Shown one piece after another: positions 37,665-49,359 of a DNA stretch of 64,000 bases. The position numbers and the translations under genes are program-made. This stretch comes from Scyliorhinus canicula (taxonomy: Eukaryota), in NCBI RefSeq assembly GCF_902713615.1, contig NC_052157.1, positions 47,516,553 through 47,580,552 on the forward strand. Direction: 5' to 3'. The first letter of the stretch is position 1. Each line of letters begins with the position of its first letter. Below the pieces are notes generated by a model. The model had not been told where the DNA came from and did not search any database. It saw only the letters and a program-made list of their open reading frames with translations.

Positions 37665-38810
37665 CAACGACTTACATTTATATCGTGCCCTGACTTAACA
37701 AATTGCCCCAAGGCATCAACAGGATCTTAATAAAACAAGATCGGAGCCCAGTCCGCATGAATAATATATTAGGTCAGGTAACCAAACATTTGATCAAAGT
37801 GGTAAGCTTAAAGGAGTGTCTTTCGGCAGAAAGTGAGTTGGAGAGGTCTTGCAAGGAAATTTCTGGAACTGAGGCTTCGGCAACTGAAGGCACGGTCACT
37901 AAAGGTGGAACAATTAAAGATGGAGACAAGGCCAGAATTAGAGAAGTTCCAGGGTTTTGGGGATTTGGAGGTGATTTCAGAGGTGTGGAGGGATGAGTCC
38001 ATGGAAAGTTCGGGAAACAAGGATGAGAATTTCAAAATCAAGATGTTCCTGAATCAGGAACCATTGTAAGATAGCAGGCACAGGGATGATAGGTGAACGG
38101 AATTTTGTGTGATTTAAGACACGGGGAGCAGGGTTTTGGATGACCGGTTTACAGAGGGTAGGATATGGGACACCAGCCAGTGGTGCATTGGAATATTCAA
38201 CAAAGATATGAATGAGGGATGAAATGTGGTAGGGACGGAACCAGGTAATGTTACTGAGGTGAATGTAGGCGCTCTTGCGATGGTGTGAACACTATGGTTG
38301 GAAGTTCAGTTTAGGGTCACCCTAGCACCCAGATTTTGAACAGTCTGGTTTAAGTCTCAGGCTGGTGTCAGGGAAAGGGTTAAAGTTGAAGCGAAGGAAG
38401 AGATTTTGGAGCAGAGACCAACATGATTTCAGTCTTCTCAATATTTAGGACGAGGATATTTTTTTTTCACCGAGTACTAGATGTGCGGAAAGGAGTTTGA
38501 CAACTTAGCGACAGTGGGGGAGGTGGTGAAGAGGTAGAACTGGTTGTCTTCAGTGTATGTGTGAAAATGAATATTAAACTAAAATAGGACGATATCACAT
38601 GTCTATGAGTAATAGGAGGGGGCCAAGGCTAGATTGGGGGACAACAGAGGTCCTGGTGCAAGAACAGGAAGAGAAGCCATTGAAGATGATACTCTGGGTA
38701 CGAATAGGTTGATGAAAATGGAACGAGGTGAATGCAGTACCACAAATCTGGACAACAGTAGAGAGATATTATGGCTGAAGAGCACCCCCCAGAGTTGCAA
38801 TGCAGATTCT
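37665..38810 (-). mobile_element. Old L2 LINE fragment (continues at ~41060-41270)
   Basis: FHTYTEDNQFYL at ~38533-38568 resembles L2 FHxYADDTQLYL. YPISNLPFLSK at ~41150. Confidence 0.6.
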
Positions 38811-38818
38811 TCCCACTA

Positions 38819-40106
38819 AGGGGCACAACATGATCTTCACCGCCCGGCGACGACAAGGAACAGCACCAACCGTTGTGCATGACCTTCTCTGACCTCACAA
38901 AGGCCTTTGACACTGTCAATCGTGAGGGATTATGAGCATCCTCCTCCATTTTGGCTGTTCTTAAAGGCTTGTCACCATCCTCTGCTGACCTATAAACCAT
39001 GATCCTGACCATTGGATCCACCACAGACCCAATTCACGTTCGGACTGGCGTCAGCAAGGCTGTGTCATCGCACCAACGCTCTTCTTGATCTTCCTTGCTG
39101 CAATGCTCCATCTCACCCTCAACAAGCTCCCCGTTGCAGTGGAGCTAAACTACAGAACAGATAGGAATCTGTTCAACCTCCGCCTTCTGCAGGCCCGATC
39201 CAAGGTCGCCCCGTCCTTTGTCATTGAATTACAGTATGCATCTGACGATTGCATCTGGCGTAAACATCCTCTACCTACCTCCCCTGCTGCACGCAGCTGC
39301 GCCCCGGTTATCAAAATCCACAATGAGGCCTTGGACAACGTGGACCATTTTCCATACCTTGGGAGTGTCAACAAGGGCAGACATCAGGACGTGGTTAAAC
39401 ATCGGCCTCAGGGTGCCAGCGCAGCCTTCGGGCGCCTTAGGAAGAGAGTGTTTGAAGACCAGGACCTCAGACCTGGCATCACGCTCATGGTATACAGAGC
39501 ACACTCTGCTATATGGCTCGGAGACATGCACTATGTTCAGCAGACACCTCAAAACCCGAGAAAAGTACCACCAGCAATGCCTCCACAAGATCCTGCAAAT
39601 CCATTGGCAGGATAGGTGCACCAATGCCAGTGTTCTCACTCAGGCCAACATCACCAGCATCGAATCATTGACCATGCTCAATCAGCTTTACTGGGTGGGC
39701 TACATTGCCCACATGCCTGACACAAGACTCTGGAAATAAGCGCTGTACTCAGGGCTTCGACACGGCAAGTGAGCCCTAGGAATGCAGAGGAAACACTTCA
39801 ATGGCACCTTCAAAGCCTCCCCACAGAAACCTTGGAATTCCTGCCCTAAATGGACTGATGTGGAGGAAAAACATCTGGGAAGGGGCTGAGCACCTCGAGT
39901 TTCATCACCAAGAGCAAGCTGGAGGCAAGTGTTGACAGCAAAAAGAGTGCATGGCAACGCGGGCACCCCCACCCACCTGCTCCTCCAACCACTGTCAGCC
40001 CCACCTGTGACAGAGACTGTAGGTCGTGTGTTAAACTCCTCAGTCACCTGCAAACTCATTTTTAGTGCGGAAGCAAGTCAGCCCTGAGGGACTGGGTAAG
40101 AGAAGA
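38819..40106 (+). mobile_element. RTE-clade LINE fragment
   Basis: DLTKAFDTV, GCVIAP, YRTDRNLFNLRLLQA, VDHFPYLG and LLYGSET motifs. Confidence 0.85.
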
Positions 40107-40249
40107 CTGAGGGGGATGGTGTGGTAAACCTTGTCAAATACTGTAAACAGGTCGAGAAGATGAGGAAGGGTTGCTCAGCTTTGTCACAGTCACATCGGAT
40201 GTCACATGTGGCTTTTATAAGAGCCACTTCTTTCCTTGGCAGGGAAGTA

Positions 40250-41060
40250 TAAGAACACAAGAGCATAAGAGTTAGGAGCAGGAGGAGGCAATTCAGGAGT
40301 AGCCTGCTCTGCCATTCAATACGATCATGGCTGATCTCATCTCGGCCTCAACTCCACTTTCCTGCCCGGTCTCCATAAACCTTCAACCCATTACTAATTA
40401 ACAATCTGTCTAACTCCTCTTTAAATTTCTCAATACTCAATGTCCCAGCATTAACCGCACTCTGGGGTAATGAATTCCACAGATTCACGACATTTTGAGA
40501 GACGTAATTTCTCCTCATCTCTGTTTTAAATCTGTACTGATCACTCTAAAACTATGAACTCTCATTCCAGATTGCCCCACAAGAGGAAACATCTGTTCTA
40601 CGTTTACCCTGTCAATACCTTTTATCATCTTATATACCTCAATTAGATCTCCTCGCATTCTTCTAAACTTTAGAGAGTATAGGCCTAAACTGCTAAATAT
40701 CTCTTCATACGACAATCCCCTAATCTCTGCAATAAATCTAATGAATAATTCTCTGATTTATTCTAATGCATTTACATTGTTCCTCAAGTAAGGGGACCAA
40801 AATAGTGGTCAGTACTTCTGATGTGGTCTCACCAATGCCCTATACACTTCCCTACCTTTATACTCGATGCTTTAGCAATGAATGCCAAAATTCAGTTTAC
40901 TTTCCTTATTACCTGCTGCATCTGTATGCTAACTTTCTGTGATTTGTGCACGAGGACACCCAGATCCCTCTGCACCAAAGCATTTTGACGTTTCTCTCCA
41001 TTTAGATAATAAGTTGCTTTTCTGATCAAAATACATAGCCTCACACTTATCCTTGTTAAA
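40250..41060 (-). mobile_element. CR1 LINE 3' fragment
   Basis: QRDLGVLVH and LGLYSLKFRRMRGDLIEVYK motifs; CR1 tail. Confidence 0.8.
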
Positions 41061-42192
41061 TCTGACAGGAGGAATTCAAATTTAGTGTCAGAAAGATGGA
41101 CACTGATTTGACTGGCAGCAGCATGTTGAAATTCTTTGGAGAGGAAAGGAAGATTGGAGATTGGATAGCAGTTTGTACGGACTATGGGATTAAGGGTTGG
41201 CTCAGGAGAATGCGATGACGCAAGATTTAAAGGTGAGCAGACAGCTGACAAAATCATCTCGATAATAGTCACAAAGAATCCGGTGAGTTCCTTGTTCACT
41301 CTGACTGCCCCTGCAGCCATTTCACACTGGAATGAGTGTCAATTAGCTGCTGGCTGGACTTCCACCTCTCACACTGGAGGAAGTCCCACTTTAGAGAGCT
41401 GCTGGTCAATCCGATTGGTCAGCAGCTCTCGAGCCCCTGCAGCAGAGACAGGTGGTGCACTGGACAGAAGAGGAAGAGCTTCAACATGCCAGAGCCTAAC
41501 TTCCGGGACTGGACGGCAGGGTAAGTTCTGGGATGCTAGTGAAGGCCTGGGGGGGGGGTGGAAAGGCAGCATTTGTGATATCAGGGGAGAGGCCGGAGTG
41601 GGGGGGGGGGGGGGGGTGGCGTGTAGATCCAGAGGTCACCAGACCTTAAGGGGGGAATTCCCAAAGTCAAAAGGGGGCTCCTGATGGTGGCACTCCACCC
41701 CCGCCCCACCCACCTCCGCCCTGACAGCCCCTCCTTTCCTGCCTTTTCATCATCTGGCTTCCCCTACACCAGACAGATCCTCCCACCTGCCTAATCATTG
41801 ATGCCGGGCAGAAAGCAACCCTTAACTGGCCAATAATTGGCACTCTAGGGTCGAATTGGGGAAGGGCAGATGGCCAGTCCAGGGCCTTGCCTGCCCCTGT
41901 GTAAAATTGCTGCGAGTTTCAGGCAGGTGGGAACCCAGATGGGATCCTGTTCCTTCGGTTCACATTGCCCCCCAGACCACCTAAATCCTCACCGACAGAG
42001 GAAAGTAAGATTCAGGCCATGTGCTTTAGCCAAGAAAATAAATTATCTACTCTACCTTTTTGATTGACTATAATTCTGTGAATCTTATGTGGTGACAATG
42101 TTTATCTTATCTCCAGACTTACTACATATAAACATATATTTGAACAAAAAATCAATCCACTGTAAGCTTTTAAATAATTCATTAAAATGTAC

Positions 42193-42330
42193 CTCCATCA
42201 TAAATGTGAATAGAATGGACTGTGGCGGAAGACGACAGCAGCAGTTTCCGATTACGGCCAACGTTCAGTCGATGTTCCTTATCGTGGCCAGGATTCCAGT
42301 GGTGGAGATCTGGATCCTTGTCAGGACAAG
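42193..42330 (-). CDS. CEMIP: CEMIP exon, start of G8 domain (ACPDKDPDLHHWNPGHDKEHRLNVGRNRKLLLSSSATVHSIHIYDG)
   Basis: Matches CEMIP CPDxxPxLxxWNPGHD...LLLxSSATVxSIHI. AG/GT boundaries, 138 nt, phase 1-1. Confidence 0.95.
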
Positions 42331-45120
42331 CTTGTAACACAAAAGATATCACCATCAATCCATAATCCGTGATCCTGAATCCATATTCAATAATCATCTT
42401 GAACCTCGATAAAACAGCCTTCACCTCTCACACCTCCTCATACTCCCCTATGTCCCATCCATGACAACCCATGCGACCTCATGCCCCACATATCTCTCTA
42501 TGGTCCCTCCTACCATCCATGCCAATCTATGCCCCTCTGCCCTCCTCCATATCCCTTCATAGCCCCTATGCCACTTAGTCAACTGATGGCAATCCATGCT
42601 CCCCACACACCACTCTTTGCTTACCCATGGTGAGATTGAATAAAATAATGTTTTCCATTTCTATTCCAGACTTTATTATGTTTCAAATAATCTATTTCAT
42701 ATAAAAACATTCACAACATTTACAGTCCTCCAACACATTATCCCGATAACAATAAACATTTAATTTAATTACATAATCCCTTATTAAAAAGCAAGCATTG
42801 GAATTCATAGTCCCACTTCAAAGAGTCCATGACCACTTGGAGCTGTCAATAAACTGTAAAATGGCAGGCATCCTAATGCGATAATGGATGGTCATGTAAT
42901 CAGTCACACAGCACTAATCCAGTAATGGTATCCCTAAGGCTTATATCAACAGACAGAGTGACAGAGCAAGCAATCATTTCTTTCAACATTCTCGATAGTT
43001 TATTTCAAAGAGTTAAAGGGCAGGACTTTGACAAGTTCCTCTTGACACTTTTGACACTTATTTTTGATAGTTCCAATGGGTTTCACAGTACCAATGAGTT
43101 TGTGTACTTCTTATGCACATTCATGCCTTCTTTCAGCAATCTCAAAGGGCCCCTTCGTTCTCCCAAAAAGTGCCCAACCTCCCCCAAATCTGTCCTGGGA
43201 CCATATCCGATGGGGGATACCTTACCTCTTCAAAGGTATATACCCTGGTCATCCAAACAAACTCACAAATTTCAGACTTGGACCTTACCCGGTCTAATCA
43301 GTGTACATTGGATCTCAAACACCTCTCACATCAAAGTCACATGAGTGAAGGCAGCTACTCTCCACAAAACAAGCACACGTAAATCCCGACCCGGGCCCTT
43401 TCCCGTGAAAATGACAGGGTGCTGGGGGCCGGTGGGGGGGAGGGAGTGCTTCCAAATTTGGATTTCTTCCTCCATTTTAGACACATAGGACAGACTCTCC
43501 TTCGCGCTGAAAATTCAGGCCTCGGTGCTGATCGCCTGGGTAAGAAATAAATAGATGGAATGTATTTTATTTGGTGCCAAACCTTCATCCTACTTTGTAC
43601 TTCGGCCTGCGGTGTGGTTTAATCACCGTTTCTGAGTCTGTAATGTCAGAATGTAACTGACTAAACATTCTCCCATGTTGGATGCACAATGCATTCAGAA
43701 TGGAGCCTGGACCGTTGAGCAGAGATGTGAAGAGTAAACTGAATTGCTGAGCTGTGAGCTAATCCCTCATATCATTGTAGCTTCTTGAGCTCTTTTCTTA
43801 CCTTCTGTCCCCCCCCCCCCCCCTCCCCCCCCCCCCCCCCCCCCCCCCCACCTCCCATTCTTCATCCGGCCCGTTGTTGCTACTCTTCCATCTCCAAGTC
43901 TTGCTCCATCCAGGATAGTGGAGCAAAGAAAATGGTACCTCCAGAAAGTCAACAAATCTGATAAAAGGGTTGTGAGAGTGGAGCGATCTGGAATCTGAGT
44001 TCAGCGAGCAGCAATTGAGAGCCATTTTTGTACAGCTTCAGGAGCTCTCAGATACCAATCCCAGCAGGCTTTGCAGGCAGGCCTGGGACAGGATGAAAGT
44101 TTCCATGAGTTTGAGTTAAAATTGAGATGTTGAGCTTGTAATGGGAATTCCCCCCCCCCCACTCCCCATCACCCCCGTTTGCCTGGGTGGGTACCTGTGC
44201 TGAATGTAAAAAGTCCAGTGAGTTGAAATGGCAGTGGGCAAGGTCTGTGTGAGGAATTGTCTGCAGTCAGTGCATTAACTGCTCATTCACCTTGTTCCTG
44301 CCAGATGGACGGAGTTAAAGTCACCGGCCTGTCTCTTCTTGACTTCCTTGCTATGCCCAGGAAAGTTGTGTGGATGGTGGAATGTATGCATGCATGCTGA
44401 AGCTGGTAATCATGTATTGATACCGTGCTTACAGCGCATGGGCTCCTTGGTATAATGGAGCATTTATTCCTTGGAAATTGTCCTCACTCGAGTGAGGTAA
44501 GTAAATCTTCATGAGCAAATGTGTTGGCTTGAACAAAAGATCGTTCCTCCTTGCAGTTAAAATGGCCACCAGTCCCGTTCAAATGATTACGACATAGTTC
44601 TAATCCAAAGACTGATGGTGATTTTAATGTTAGCAAGTTGTTTCATATTTTAGCATTCAGAAACTGAGTGAATAATTGCTAATACTGTAGTGAATTAACA
44701 ATTGGACAAAGAACTTGTGTATGAGGTGAAATGCTAAACTGGTACCCAGACTCCCCTCCCCCCCAAATGGCAAAACCGGTGCACAATTTTCATGGATTTA
44801 TATGAAAACAGAATAGCTCCTTTCACAATTTTCTGGAGTTCAGATATGAGCCCCAGTGTTTCAGACACAAACAAAGGATGATTCTACTTGTGAAACGTCT
44901 GATTTCATCACTGTTAGATCATTGCAAACAATTCCGGACAGTCAAGTTCTCTCATCGCTAATCTGAGAGAAGGGATGCAGATGTGTGTAAGACGTTGCCG
45001 AATGCTGGGGGTTAGTGGCAACTGCTGAATTGTGAATGTTCAGTAATATTCTGAGCTTCCCTCCAAAAAGGTTTAAAAGAAGCAAGTGAAAAGTGAGAAT
45101 AAGGACCAATTTAATTTATT

Positions 45121-47196
45121 ATAAGAACATAAGAACTAGGAGCAGAAGTAGGCCACCTGGCCCCTCATGCCTGCTCCACCATTCAATGAGATCTTGGCTG
45201 ATCTTTTGTGGACTCAGCTCCACTTTCTGTCCCGAACACCATAACCCTTAATCCCTTTATTCTTCAAAAAACTATCTATCTTTATCTTAAAAACATTTAA
45301 TGAAGGAGCCTCAACTGCTTCACTGGGCAAGGAATTCCATAAATTTACAACCCTTTGGGTGAAGAAGTTCCTCCTAAACTCAGTCCTAAATCTACTTCCC
45401 CTTATTTTGAGGCTATGCCCCCTAGTTCTGCTTTCACCCACCAGTGGAAACAACCTGCCCGCATCTATCCTATCTATTCCCTTCATAATTTTAGATTTTT
45501 CTATAAGATACCCTCCTCATCCTTCTAAATTCCAATAAGTACAGTCCCAGTCTACGCCACCTCTCCTCATGATTCAATCCCTTCAGTTCTGGAATTAACC
45601 TAGTGAATCTCCTCTGCACACCCTCCAGCGCCAGTACGTCCTTCCTCAGGTAAGGAGACCAAAACTGAACACAATACTCCAGGTGTGGCCCCATTAACAC
45701 CATATACAATTGCAGTATAACCTCCGTAGTCTTAAACTCCATCCCTCTAGTAATGAAGGACAGAACTCCATTTGCCTTCTTAATCACCTGTTGCACCTGT
45801 AAACAAACTTTTTGCGACTCATGCACTAGCACACCCAGGTCTTTCTGCACAACAGCATATTTTAATATTTTATCATTTCAATAATAATCCCTTTTGCTGT
45901 TCTTCCTTCCAAAATGGATGACCTCACATTTGTCAACATCGTATTCCATCTGCCAGACCCTAGCCCATTCACTTAACCTATCCAAATCGCTCTGCAGACT
46001 TCCGGTATCCTCTGCAGTTTTTGCTTTACCACTCATCTTAGTGTCGTCTGCAAACTTGGACACATTGCACTTGGTCCCCAACTCCAAATCATCTATGTAA
46101 ATTGTGAACATTTGTGGGCCCAACACTGATCCCTGAGGGACACCACTAGCTACTGATTGTCAACCAGAGAAACACCCATTAATACCCACTCTTTGCTTTC
46201 TATTAATTAACCAATCCTCTATCAATGCTACTACTTTACCCTTAATGCCATGCAACTTTATCTTGTACACCTTTTGTGTGGCAGCTTGTCAAAAGCTTTC
46301 TGGAAATCCAAATATACCACATCCATTGACTCACCATTATCTACCGCACTGGTAATGTCCTCAAAAAATTCTACTAAATTAGTTAGGCACGACCTGCCCT
46401 TTATGAACCCATGCTGCGTCTGCCCAATGGGACAATTTCCATCCAGATGCCTCGCTATTTCTTCCTTGATGATAGATTCCAGCATCATCCCTACTACCGA
46501 AGCTAACTGGCCTATAATTACCCGCTTTCTGCCTACCTCCTTTTTTAAACAGTGGTGTCACGTTTGCTAATTTCCAATATGCCGGGACCACCCCAGAGTC
46601 TAGTGAATGTTGGTAAATTATCACGAGTGCATTTGCAATTTCCCTAGCCATCTCTATTAGCACTCTGGGATGCATTCCATCAGGGCCAGGAGACTTGTCT
46701 ACCTTTAGCCCCATTAGCTTGCCCATCACTACTTCCTTTGTGATAACAATCCTCTCAAGGTTCTCACCTGTCATAGCCTCATTTCCATCAGTCACTGGCA
46801 TGTTATTTTTGTCTTCCACTGTGAAGACCGACCCAAAAAACCTGTTCAGTTCCTCAGCCATTTCCTCATCTCCCATTATTAAATCTCCTGTCTCATCCTC
46901 TAATCTAAAGGACCAATATTTACCTTAGCCACTCTTTTTTGTTTTAAATATTTGTAGAAACTTTTACTATCTGTGTTTATATTGTGAGCAAGTTTACTCT
47001 CATAATCTATGTTACTTTTCTTTATAGCTTTTTTAGCAGCTTTCTGTTGCCCCCTAAAGATTTCCCAGTCCTCTAGTCTCCCGCTAATCTTCGCCACTTT
47101 GTATGCTTTTTCCTTCAATTTGATACTCTCCCTTATTTCCTTAGATATCCACGGTCGATTTTCCCTCTTTCTACCGTCCTTCTTTTTGTTGGTATA
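45121..47196 (-). mobile_element. CR1 LINE 3' part, same family as 3920-5525
   Basis: Same RT motifs; (gttcttat)n tail. Confidence 0.93.
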
Positions 47197-49217
47197 AGGG
47201 TGTTAATAAATTATGAATGGGCCTTCTGAGCAGAGTCAGTTCAAGAAAAGGAAATATTCTACTCCAAGTCCTGCAATTCATGTGCTACATAAAGGGGAGG
47301 GACCTAGCTATCACTTTCAGTTATCATCTATTGCATGTTTGTAACACAGCTCCAAATGATGGGGTTACACCTCCTCCATGTATTGGTCATAAGAGTGTTG
47401 AGTGAAACCAATTTGTAAATTCGGAGTCTAATTCCTAGTGGGCAGTAACCTACAGGGGCATCATTGAATCAGGGAATTACTTTTCGGCCCATTGTTTTTG
47501 CGCTGCCTCTTTTCAGGAATTGAGCAGGTCCCATTCCCCTACCTTTTCTCCATTGTCCAGGATCTTTTCCTTTCAGTTAATGATCCAATTCCCTTTTGAA
47601 AGCCTTGTCCACCAAACTCTCAAGCAGCGCACTCCAGAGCTTAACCATTCGTGCACCAAGGTTGCCGCTGCATCTTCTAATATTTGAGGGGTGGCACAGT
47701 GGTTAGCACTTCTGCCTCACAGCATTATGGACCTGGGATCAATTCCGGCCTTGGGTGACTGTGCAGAGTTTGCACGTTTTCTCCGTGTCTGTGTAGGTTT
47801 CCACAAGGTGCTCCAGTTTACTTCCACAGTCCAAAGATGTGCAGGTTAGGTGGATTGGCCATGCTAAATTGTCCCTTAGTGTCCAAAAGGTTAGGTTAGG
47901 TTATGGGGATCGGTTGGGGGTGAGGGCATAGGTAGGTTGCTCTTTCAGAGTGTGGATTGGCCATGCTAAATTGCTCCTTAAGTGTCCAAAGGTTTAGGTG
48001 GGGTTCCTGTGTTTCGGAGGTGGGTTGGAGACGTGGGTCTGGGTAGGGTGCTCTTTCAGTGGGTCAGTACAGGCTCGATGGGCCGAATGGCCTCCTTCTG
48101 CACTGTAGGAATTCCATGATTCTATGATATGATTCACTTCTATCAGTGTTCCCCAATACGGGAACAGATTATCCATATCCACTTTGTCCCGACCCTTACA
48201 ATTTTGAACACGATCGAATCTTCTCCCAATCTTAACACAAGTGCAAAATTCATCAGGTGCTGGAAATCGGAAATAAAAACAGAAAATGCTGGAAATATTC
48301 AACAGGTTGGGTAGCATCTGTGAAGAGAGAAAACAATTTTGGATCTATGCCCTTTGATCAGAGCGATGTAAGGTCACAGACCTTAAACACTGGGCTGAAT
48401 GTCATGCCCCCCCCCCGGCCCGGCATGTTATCAGCAGGGCGGGGAGGGGGTAACATAAAATATGACAGGTGGACAGGCCGCAGTCTTTCCCCCAAACTGT
48501 TTGGGTGGGCAGGTACCAAAATAAACAGCTTGCGCATGATTTTTGAAAAATCATTAACAAGCTATTGGCTTGTTAACAAGCCAAGAATATTATGCTGTCC
48601 ACGCCCAAAATACGGTTGCTGTGGACATGCCTGCAGGAGTGGGGAGGCCATTTTTTCACCCAACTTGTTAAAAGCCTAGAAGGATGGAGGGTGGGGAGGT
48701 GGGGGGTTGCCTCTGCTCATCAGGGCACCTCCCCCCATTCCCAAAGATGTTACTCCACCCCTTTAGTTGCTTCCTGCCTGGACATCAAAACTTGCCCCAC
48801 ACACCCTTCACAACCCACGGCGCTCCAATCCCTCCCTGTCCAATTCCGCTGGCCTTCCTCTCTCCAGGATCCAGGTTGTCTCCATCTGCACTGTTGTTCT
48901 GTACTGTAAATTCTACGATCCCTGGGTCTGCTTGCAGTCCCCGTAGTGTCCACTACTAAACTCTGGCACTGCTGGGACTGCTAGAGCTGTTAGGCAATCA
49001 GAATCCCTTTCATCTCAGAGGACAATTAGGCCTACAGCTTCATGTCTCAGCTGAAGGATGACACCTCTGACAGTGCAACCCTCTCGGTACCGTACTGATG
49101 CATCAGCCAATAGGGTCTCCATGATGTGGTGGGAAGCCCTGAATCAAATTTATAAGATCTTCATTGGCCACAAATAAAGCAGCGCCGCTTAACTGATCAT
49201 TCCAATTCTACACGTAC

Positions 49218-49287
49218 CTGCAAATAACGCAGGCAGATTTAGGGCTAGAAGCCACCCTATGTTGTAGAGTAAGTGCATCATCATCAT
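49218..49287 (-). CDS. CEMIP: CEMIP first coding exon (signal peptide MMMMHLLYNIGWLLALNLPALFA); exon including 5'UTR spans 49218-49373
   Basis: (ATG)4 start preceded by an in-frame stop. Hydrophobic signal-like peptide. Donor GCAG|gtacgt is phase 1 and joins the next exon as G|CT = Ala. Acceptor is ttttattgttttcatccag. Confidence 0.82.
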
Positions 49288-49344
49288 CTCCTTCTTTGTG
49301 CTTCTCCTGGTTCCACAGGTTATGAAGTGCAGAGTCACTTTCTG

Positions 49345-49359
49345 TTATTGGCCGATCAT
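49345..49359 (-). promoter_or_regulatory. Short uORF (MIGQ*) in the CEMIP 5'UTR
   Basis: ATG ATC GGC CAA TAA begins 72 nt upstream of, and in frame with, the main ATG. Confidence 0.5.

Noticed and set aside
43808-43849. Long C/G homopolymers giving poly-Gly/Pro ORFs (also ~26836, ~30891, ~61456)
   Set aside because: Low complexity, run lengths are unreliable in assemblies, and there is no coding support.
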